From: Azolla caroliniana
Lineage: Eukaryota; Plantae; Polypodiophyta
Assembly: GCA_043228905.1 (NCBI GenBank)
Contig: JBHGNT010000929.1
Coordinates: 1 to 13,779 of the forward strand
Direction of reading: 5' to 3'
DNA: 13,779 nt
Position 1 is the stretch's first letter; each line of letters opens with the position of its first letter. Below are positions 1 through 8,183 of this stretch, in pieces. A program made the position numbers and the translations under genes. The notes under the pieces are model-generated. The model made no database searches, was not told the origin of the DNA, and was given only the letters and a program-made list of their open reading frames with translations.

Positions 1-17
1 AACACGTCCCCTCAAGC
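1..17 (-). promoter_or_regulatory. Polypurine tract and first 4 nt (TGTT) of the 3' LTR of copia element A
   Basis: Minus strand reads GCTTGAGGGGACG-TGTT at the window edge, downstream of the RNase H end. This is the usual copia PPT followed by the TG LTR start. Confidence 0.75.
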
Positions 18-94
18 TCCAAGTGTGAGAGTTCGGCTATCGACTAAGTCATGTCGGCAGTTTTCGGTTTGTCCCCCTCAAGCCTTCGACGAAG

Positions 95-1620
95 GCTTGG
101 AGTGTTAATCGGCCGAAGGCCGAGTGCCAGCGAAAACCAGTGGAGCTTGTCTGCTCCTAAGGCCTTGGTAAAGATATCGGTTGTCTATTGATTAGTGTCA
201 ACGTGTTGGAGGTCGATGTCTCCCGTGACGATGCGCTCCCGAACATAGCGATAATGCACTTCGATGTGTTTTGTTCAGGCATGGAAGATCGGGTTTCGGC
301 CTAGTTGTATGCTACTTTGATTGTCGCAGTAGATACGCATCGGTTTGTCGACCGATTCATTGAAGTCCTTTCGTAGCCGCTTCAACAAAATTACTTCGCA
401 ACTGGTTATGGTCACGCCCCTGTATTCCGCGTCGGTGCTGGACAATGCAACTGTTGGTTGCTTCTTGCTACTCCAAGAAATAGTTGTGCTTCTGAGTGAG
501 AAGATGAATCCGGATGTCAAATGTTGATTGGATATTTCCGGCCCAATCGACATCAGTTTATCCTTCTAACCGAATGGTCGCTCTTGTCTTATAGAATGAT
601 TCCTCGATCCATGGTCCCACTAATGTATCATAAGACTTGTTTAACACAATGCAAATGTGTGTTGCATGGTGTTCACATAAATTGGATACACTGGATAGCT
701 CAGGTCGGGTGCGTGATAGTTAGATAGATGAGACACCTGAGTTTTGCGGATTTTGAGTTGGCTCACATGGTGTTCCGGAGTCCGTCTGCAATTTGAGGTT
801 GCGATCAAGGGGAGTCGAAATTGGCATGTGGTCAATCATACCGAACTTGAACAAAAGGTTTAGGATGTAGTGGTGTTGGGAGAGCATGATGTCGTCGCTG
901 GTTCAGATGACCTCGATTCCCAGAAAGTAATGAAGTTCGTTCATGTCTTTCATCTCAAACTTCTCGGATAGGAACATCTTGACCTTGTTGATGTCGGCTA
1001 GGTGTTCACCACAGATCATTAAGTCGTCGACATATATGATGATGAAGATCAGACCATTGGAGTTGCTTCAAATAAACAACGAATTGTCAGACTTAGACAT
1101 TTGAAAGTTGATTCGGTGCAGAGACTAAGTTATCTTTGAATGCCAAGCCCTTGGCACTTGCTTGAGGCCGTATAGGTGCTTCTTGAGGTGGCGTACGACA
1201 TTCAGATGTGATTTCGACTTGTAGCCAAGAGGTTGTACCATGTACACCTCCTCCTCTAGTTCGCCTTGGAGGAACCCATTTTTCACATCCATTTGGTGGA
1301 GATGCCACCCTTTTGCCATCGGGAGTGCTAGGACCGTCCAAATCGTGGTCATCTTTGCCATCGGGGCAAAGGTTTCTTCGTAGTTGGTACCTTGGGTTTG
1401 AGCATATCCCTTAGCGACAACTCGAGCTTTGTATCGGTTGATGGAGCCGTCGACATTGTGCTTGATTTTGTAAATCCATCGACAACTCATCGCCTTCTTG
1501 TGCGGTGGAGGTGCTACAAGATCCCAAGTCTCATTGTGAACTAGCGCTCGCATCTCTTGGTCCATGGCTTCCACCCATCGGGTGTCACGAGCTGCTTCCG
1601 TAAAGGTTTCGGGCTCTTTT
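95..1620 (-). pseudogene. Copia A reverse transcriptase and RNase H (disrupted)
   Basis: ORF 1125-1808 (EPETFTEA..WVEAMDQEM..HQMDVKN..LYGLKQVPRAW), YVDDL at ~1020-1035, ORF 275-553 (ISWSSKKQPTVALSSTDAEY..IYCDNQS), TDIFTKALG at ~155-181. Confidence 0.92.
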
Positions 1621-2029
1621 TCGGCTGCTACCTTCATTATGAATGCATAATGGTGTGCCATATACTCATTGTAGCCGAATTGAGTAACCGGATTCTTCTC
1701 TCTGTTCGAGCGTCGGAGTTTTTCGTTCATAGAAGCCAATGCTTTCTTTACGCCAGGGGTTCGCAGAATGGGCACTTCAAACTCACTATCCAAAGAGAGA
1801 GCCAACACATCTGAATCGCTTTCGTCCGGGGGTGATCGACGTCGTATTCAGGCATCTTACCTTTACCTTTGTCCAACCTGGTAGATGGTTGTGTTGTGCT
1901 CCTATTGCTTGACTGCTCCGATGGTCCGCTCATCATGGTTGAGCTTGGATTGGTAGGTATGGGTCTCAATTGAATGTCGTCATCTGAGATGGTGTTCGAC
2001 TCTTCCTTAGTCGGGCCAGACGAGGTCGA

Positions 2030-2859
2030 ATTGGGTTTATACCAAGTTGACGATTCGTTGAAGATGACATCCCGACTTACTCGAATGGAATGGGTGGAAG
2101 GGTTGAAGCACTGGTATCCCTTTTGTTCGGATGAATATCCTGGACGAAAATGCACTTTTCGGACTTTGGGTCGAGCTTCTATCGTTTTTCGGTCGGGATG
2201 TGAACGTATGCAATACTTCCAAACACTCGTAGATGCAACAAAGTCAGCTTCTTTCCAACATACATCTCGTGTGCAGTTAGTTTGTGTGCTCTAGTAGTTG
2301 TGCATTGATTCATAATGTAGATGGTCGTGGCTGCCGCTTCGGCCCAATAGTATTTTTGCATGTACTTCTCATGTAACATGGCGTGTGCTACCTCGAGTAT
2401 GTGCCGATTCTTTCATTTAGCTACACCATTTTGTTGGGGTGTGTGTCGGCATGGAAATTCTCTCCGGATGCCTTCACCATGGAGGTAGGAGATGAATTCG
2501 TCGGAGAAGTACTCCTTTCCTCCATCTGATCGTAGGCATCAAATATGCCGACCCGTTTCTTTCTTCACTTGGCTCTTGAGCTTTTGGAAGTGGGAGAGCA
2601 CTTCACTCTTCTTATTCATAAGGAAGATCCACGTGTAGCACGAGTAATCGTCGATGAAGGTGATGTAGTATTGGCATTCGTCGATCGTTGGCATTTGGGC
2701 TAGCCCCCACACATCCAAGTGGACTACGTCAAGGAGGCCTTTGCTTATGTTGCTCTCCTTTGGGAATGAGAGTCAATGTTGTATGCCGAGTTGGCATGCC
2801 TTGCATACTTGGTTGACTCAAAGGTCGGAAGTCCGATAACTACTCCCTTCGTCTGCATA
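2030..2859 (-). pseudogene. Copia A integrase core and C-terminal region (disrupted)
   Basis: Fragments MLHEKYMQKYYWAEAAATTIYIMNQ..HLRVFGSIAYVHIP and GYSSEQKGYQCFNP..VSRDVIFNE. Boundaries approximate. Confidence 0.85.
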
Positions 2860-3418
2860 GTTCAGAGCCGTTGGAGGTTGATGTGGTTGATTCTCTTGTG
2901 CGACAACTCGATATTCGATTCAACCTTAAGACTGTTTGCGTACATGGCCGAGTTTACCTCGTTTGAATTGAGAATAAACATTCGGCCTTCTCTCCGTCCT
3001 CTAGCTATGAGTTGACCATTCTTTTCTATAAAGCAGTCTCCATTATTGAAACAAACCTGCATGCCTTGCTCCATGATTTGGTTGACCGAGTCCAAATTCT
3101 TCGTTATTGTTGGAACTTGCAAGACATTCTTGATGTAATTGTTGTTGCCCTTGCCAAGAGGAACATTGCCGATATACCGAATGGTGTGTGTGGTGTCGCC
3201 TCTCGTCTCCACGCAGAGGGTCGATCGGGCATATGCAAATCACTGAACCACTCTTCGTGAGACGTCATGTGATTTGAGGCGCCTGAGTCGACGAACCATA
3301 CTTCCTCTAATGTGGAGGTGCTTGCCGAACTGGATGCCGACATAGTGTTTGCTTTGTGTCTCATGACGAACATGCCTCCATAGTCTTCGAATTCAGAGTT
3401 GGTGACATAGTTGGTGAC
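2860..3418 (-). pseudogene. Copia A gag tail, aspartic protease and GAG-pre-integrase region
   Basis: ORFs 3104-3499 (EEVWFVDSGASNHMTSHEEWF) and 2862-3212 (IKNVLQVPTITKNL..LSHKRINHINLQRL), split by a frameshift. Confidence 0.88.
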
Positions 3419-3639
3419 TGTTAGGATCGTGACCGGCCACAATTGGTTATGCTCTCGAATATGTGTTCGGATGCAAAGAACAAGAGAGCTAGTACACAAA
3501 CATTAGGTAATTAACTAAGGGTTTATTAGACTTATCTAATTATGTCAATAGTTAATCACGTATGTGATTAAGTTGCGGAAGATTATGTGATATGTGTATG
3601 TGTGTGAGAGGAAGAGAGAGAGGAAGTTACACTTATGAA

Positions 3640-4399
3640 TAGCAATGGGTCCGGTTTCGGCTCAAACCGAACCAAACCGAAAAACCATGGCTTAACGGTT
3701 TATAGGTTCAACGATAAATAAACAGTTTGGTTTGGTTTCAAATGTTACTAATCGATTTCAGTTTGGTTTTGAATTTACCAGTTTATCGGTTTATCGGCTT
3801 ATCGGTTTCTGTTTATGTGGTTCGGTTTAAAGGTTTATAGGTTAAAAAATACTCATAAATATTCTCAATAGACTCTAACTTTCAACATTTAATTTTAAAC
3901 TCTTGTTTTATTAACTTATTAAATTTTATATGTATTATATGTAGAGTCTCCTTTTCATTTATGATGATCAATTATGATAAGTATGATGATCAAAGTTATG
4001 ATAAGTATAATGATCAAATTTATGATTAGTATGATGACCAAATTTATGATCAATATGATGACAAATTTTATGATAATTATGATGACAAATTTTATGATGA
4101 GTATGATGAATAAATTTATGATAATTTATAATAAGTATGATGATTAATATCAATAAAAAATGGTTTGGTTTGGTTTGGTTTTGATTTATGTGAAATCAGG
4201 TTGGTTTGGTTTTAAATTTTTCGTAAACAGTTTGGTTTCTCCTATTCTTTAAACGGTTTGGTTTAACGGTTCGGCTCTAAACGGTTCAATTTAGATGGCT
4301 TCATAAATTTTAAAATAGTTTGGTTCGGTTTTTATTATTAATAAATAGTTTGGTTTGGTTTCAAGGCCAAGAAACTGAACCGAACCGGGCCCATTGCTA
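3640..4399. mobile_element. Non-autonomous hAT-superfamily DNA transposon (MITE-like), 760 bp
   Basis: TIRs TAGCAATGGGTCCGGTT and AACCGGGCCCATTGCTA match at 16/17. Perfect 8-bp TSD CTTATGAA at 3632-3639 and 4400-4407. Dense subterminal AAACC(G)/(C)GGTTT motifs. AT-rich non-coding core. Confidence 0.93.
3960..4144. repeat. 24-bp minisatellite, 6 full copies plus partials, consensus TTATGATAAGTATGATGA(T/C)(C/A)AAAT
   Basis: Units start at 3972, 3996, 4020, 4044, 4068, 4092 and 4116 (partial). Confidence 0.9.
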
Positions 4400-4737
4400 C
4401 TTATGAACAATAAATGGGGGATGATTAATAAGTATAGCTCAAGGAATTCTTACTTATATTAAAGAGACATCAAAATACAAAAATACCCACAATGAGGTAT
4501 ATATACATCTTATGTGCAAAGGTGCACATGTATGAGGAGAATATAGGTACAAGGGTGTAAGTCATATATTAAATGAACTTGATAGTGGGGGATCTAGAAG
4601 GTATCCCACTTAAGTACAAGGAACACAATCATATTTAAGGCTTTATAGTTAACATTCTAACTAGATTCTATCTAGGTAACTACTAAGTTATATGGTTAAC
4701 TAAATGGCTAAACTTAATTGAGCTTGAAATCTCAACA

Positions 4738-6367
4738 CTATCAAAGTCATATTGGGTTGAGGCAATGATAATAGTTGTTACCTCATAAATAGGTCTCCCT
4801 CAATACGTCTAAATGGTGATGTCCCACAAACGGTGTGGACTAGAAGAGATGTCTCGTACAAGCATCTGAGGGTGTTCGAATGCCTAGTATACATGCATGT
4901 GGCTAAAGATCAGAGATCAAAACTGGACAACAAAAGAAAGCCATGCATTTTTCTTGGGTACTCAGAAGATGAGTTTGGCTACAGATTGTGGGATCTGCTT
5001 GACAAGAAAGTGGTCAAAAGTCAGGATATTGTGTTTATGGAAGACAAGACAATTGAAGACTGGAAACAACAACCAGTGTCGACTTTCCAACCAGCCATTG
5101 TTATGGATTCTGTACTGGTCGACTCTAGTCCTGTACTGTCAGTCGGCATACAACAGTCGGATGATGTTGAGCCAGCTGAAGCAGATGATGTTGAGCTGAA
5201 TGTTGAAGTAAGGAGATACCCTCTCATATAGAGAAAGGTTTCCTCAAGGTATCCAACTTGTGAATATATATTGTTGACTGATGAAGGTGAGCCATAATGT
5301 TACGAGGAAGTTGTGTCGGATGTGCACAAAAGAGAGTGGTACAATGCTATGCAAGACAAGATGGATTCCTTGCATGAGAACTACACCTATGACCTAGTGG
5401 AGATGCCTGAGGGTAAAAGGGCTCTAAGGAATAGATGAGTCTTCAAGATAAAAAAATGGAGAACCTGGATGTCCACCTAGACACACAATTTGCATAGTGG
5501 TGTTTAGGGTTTTAAGAAGAAACAGGGTGTTGACTTTGATGAGATTTTTGCTCCAGTTGTGAAGATGTTATCCATTCGAATTGTTCTAAGCCTAGTTGCA
5601 CGCATGAACCTAGAGGTTTAACAACTAGATGTAAAAACTGCATTCCTACATGGTTGAGTTGGAAGAGGAAATATACATGGAGCAACCTGAGGGTTTTGAG
5701 GTAAAAGGAAAGGAGAATCTTGTATGCAGGTTGAGGAAGAGCTTATGTGGTTTGAAGCAAGCTCATCGACAATGGTACAAGAAATTTGAGTCCTTCATGA
5801 CGAAGCATGGATTCCACAAGACACAAGCCGATCACTATGTGTTTGTGAAGAAGTATGATGAAGGTGAATATCTGATTCTCTTGGTTTATGTTGATGATAT
5901 GCTGGTTGTTGGTCAAGATGCCAACAAGATTGGATGCTTGAAGAAAGCTCTGAGTAAGTCCTTTGCTATGAAGGACTTAGTCCAAGACAGAACAAAAACA
6001 TGATATGGGTACTGCAAAAGGTTCAATATGGATAAGGCAAAACTTTTTGGATCTACATTGTGTGAACTTTAACCTAAATTCTGGTCAAACCAAAAAGTGA
6101 AAAAGACAAAGTTGAGATGAAAAAAGTGTCGTATGCCTTAATTGTGGATACCTTAATGTATGCCATGGTTTGCACTAGGACGGGCATTGCCTTTGTTGTT
6201 GTGGTTGTTTGTCAGCCGATTCATGAGTAATCCTAGAAAGGAGCACGTTGGGTTGCAGTGAAGTGTATTCTCGAATACTTGAACGACACCTTGAGTGTAT
6301 GCCTAAGGTATGGCTCCGGAAAACCTATGCTTGAAGGTTTCACAGATTCCGAGATGTCAGGTGATGC
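4738..6367 (+). pseudogene. Copia B pol remnant (integrase C-terminus, RT, first residues of RNase H)
   Basis: ORFs 4833-5231 and 5650-6003 plus frameshifted intervening pieces. Small deletions after MKDL at ~5980-6010. Confidence 0.9.
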
Positions 6368-6586
6368 CTCTAGACTTGTGGTCTAGAGAGACTGTAATCA
6401 CTTGTACACTCTGTCATAGTGGAATCTTTGGTACCCTGAGGGTCCTGTGGTTTTTCTCGTTTTAGGGTTTTCCACGTTAAAAATCTTGTGTCTCTGTTTT
6501 GTTTATTCCTGTTGGTTGAATCATATTCCTGAACTTGGTCAGTAGTTGTGTGAGTGCTTGTCCGATTCCGACCCCTGTACATATCA
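6368..6586 (+). repeat. Distal (R/U5) part of the 3' LTR of copia B
   Basis: Contains AGTGGA..CCTGTGGTTTTT..GGGTTTTCCACGTTAAAAATCTTGTGTC, motifs I recall from Tork/Tnt1-type LTRs. Candidate end ..ACATATCA at 6586. End position uncertain. Confidence 0.62.
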
Positions 6587-7199
6587 TGAGCATGACAATC
6601 CATGTTCTTACACAAATTTGATATATAAATATGATGTTGGATTTGTAAAGCTTGTTTATTGGAACATCATGGTTGTGGATTCAAGTCTTGACCAAACTAT
6701 TTCGTTATAGAGATGCAATATTAAAGTTTCATTCAATATAAAGACATTAACATTTGAGGGTAAGCACACTCAAAACTAGTTTCATTATAAAGGTAGTTCA
6801 TAAATTTAGTTTTAGATCATTCGTATTGAGCCAGGATCGAACTCTCAAATGAACTCAAAACCAACATGTGACTCTCCAAGAATCATGAAGTTGCTTACAC
6901 TATCAATCGTTGCTCCTTTTAATGGCTTTGCAACAAACTTGACATTGACCACATTCCACACATAAGGGAATCATTGATATAATCTTGATGATTCCCATGT
7001 ATCCACATGATAACTAAGATGTGATTGATGAGTGTGACTGTTGAGATTAAATTTGATGAACAAGTTAGAAACATGGAGAAAAACTTTTTTATCATCTTCT
7101 GAGGTCAAATATGACCCACGGATTTCGTGCACCCACTTTTCGGATCTCTTTGCACATTCCATGTGGCAAGGGAATATTATTCATTGAGCAACTTAAGGG

Positions 7200-7215
7200 T
7201 ATATATATATATATA
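7200..7215. repeat. (TA)8 microsatellite
   Basis: Direct read. Confidence 0.9.
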
Positions 7216-7586
7216 GTTTTGAAAAATAAAAGAGCAGAGTTAATACTACTGATATCTTTCTTATATTGCCTAGACTTTCTTTCAACTAGATATCAAGGTA
7301 AGCTTCTCAGAAGGATCTTTTACATAGCATAGGAGAAGTAAAATCTCCCAACTCTTCTAAGTCTAAAACGCCGAAATGACCCTAAAATTTTGGATATACC
7401 CTGAGGTTAAAACTTTCACTAGGTTACTTGCTAGACACCAAATATTTACTAGCATTATTGGAAAGCCTAAAATCTTCAAGGTTTTTTCGATAAAAAAGTT
7501 TGCATCGTCACACCCATATCATAGAAGCACTTTCGTAATGCTTGAAAGCTGTAGGGTATTTATTCATGGCAAGTGTCCCTAAAGAG

Positions 7587-7605
7587 TTAGGGCTCTAGGG
7601 TTAGG
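7587..7605. promoter_or_regulatory. Telo-box-like motif cluster upstream of the F-box gene
   Basis: TTAGGGCTCTAGGGTTAGG about 260 bp upstream of the ATG. Imperfect match to the AAACCCTA telo-box. Confidence 0.3.
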
Positions 7606-7860
7606 ACCGCAAGAGTTTTAGAAACTATCGATACCGAAGGGTATTCTGGTAAATACCGAAAAAAATGAAAGGACTCATAATCTTCGAGCGTGTAAAATAG
7701 AAGGGATTATTAGGCTGGCCTTTTGTTTTTGCCGTTTCTGCTTTTCTGCTTTCTATCGCGCGCCTGAATTTCTTCTCAGGTTTTTGGTCCAGGAGCCTCT
7801 TTAAGAAAACGAAGCACAATAATCGCTAGTGAATTTCGCTGCTTCTGAAGGATTTGATCC

Positions 7861-8183
7861 ATGGCAGCAGCAGGAGCAGCCGTAGCGACCAGGTCTCATA
7901 CGTCTCGTCGTCGTCGTCTTCTTCTGCGTCTTCTTTGTCGTCGCCATCCTTACCACCACTACCATCGTCGCCGTCTTCCATTATCAGACACATCTCCTTC
8001 TAATTCCATCTCTGCAGTTGATCCTTTCACTAATTCCAGCAACCTTGATCTCTTGCGCTGCAATAACAGTCCATCGAAACGTCCTCGACACTCAGACCTC
8101 ATCGTCACTGCTTCTTCTTCGTCTTCTGATGCTACCTTCCAACATCATCATCAGTCATCACTCGATCTTCCTTCGAATATCTG
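7861..8183 (+). CDS. RMF: F-box gene exon 1 (Arg/His/Ser-rich N-terminus)
   Basis: ATG in context GATCCATGG. ORF MAAAG..RRRRLLLRLLCRR..SKRPR. Donor TG|GTAGCC is phase 2 and matches exon 2. Confidence 0.72.

Larger units (their letters stand above)
1..3418 (-). mobile_element. Ty1/copia LTR retrotransposon A, 5'-truncated and degenerate
   Basis: Domain order on the minus strand is PR-INT-RT-RH: WFVDSGASNHMT, HKRINHIN, YWAEAAAT..YIMN, GYSSEQKGYQCF, RYKARVVAKGYAQ, HQMDVKNGFLQG, LYGLKQVPRAW, SKKQPTVALSST, IYCDNQS, DIFTKAL. Many frameshifts and stops. Gag and the 5' LTR are missing. Confidence 0.95.
3419..4737 (-). mobile_element. Solo LTR of a third retrotransposon (~551 bp without the nested element), no matching TSD
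   Basis: Begins TGTTAGGAT and ends ATCTCAACA (TG..CA, 7/9 inverted match). On the minus strand it has TATATATA (4498-4505), then AATATAA (4454-4460), then a CT-rich tract (3606-3626). Both ends abut copia coding sequence, with no PBS or PPT. Flanks are GTGAC and CTATC. Confidence 0.72.
4738..6586 (+). mobile_element. Ty1/copia LTR retrotransposon B (Tnt1/Tork-like), 5'-truncated, internally deleted
   Basis: LSKSYWVEA at 4738, RSKLDNKRKPCIFLGYSEDEFGYRLWD, QLDVKTAFLHG, EEEIYMEQPEGF..KSLCGLKQAHRQWYKKF, LLVYVDDML, LMYAMVCTR, LEGFTDSEMSGD. After that the sequence jumps abruptly to LTR-like DNA. Confidence 0.93.

Noticed and set aside
345-3260. Plus-strand ORFs at 345, 521, 1208, 1557, 1974, 2776 and 3012, and off-frame minus-strand ORFs
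   Set aside because: Antisense or alternate-frame shadows of the copia A pol gene, with no independent motifs.
3960-4144. CRISPR-like array
   Set aside because: Units are contiguous with no unique spacers, the context is eukaryotic, and there are no cas genes.
3968-4153. His-rich 61-aa ORF as a metal-binding peptide
   Set aside because: It is the translation of the 24-bp minisatellite inside the hAT element, with a non-ATG start and no gene context.
3419-4737. This LTR being the native 5' LTR of element A or B
   Set aside because: No PBS (TGG..) follows either end, and both ends interrupt pol coding sequence directly.
6370-6615. 81-aa minus-strand ORF
   Set aside because: Antisense reading of the copia B LTR remnant.
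6827-6846. A real rRNA or tRNA gene
   Set aside because: The match is only ~20-30 nt, with no downstream rRNA sequence and no cloverleaf. Kept only as a finding.
7370-7610. Interstitial telomere array or a MITE
   Set aside because: Only scattered CCCTA/TAGGG words, with no tandem TTTAGGG run and no convincing TIR/TSD pair.
6971-7819. Short ORFs at 6971, 7111, 7376 and 7625
   Set aside because: AT-rich intergenic/promoter DNA with no recognisable motifs or splice support.
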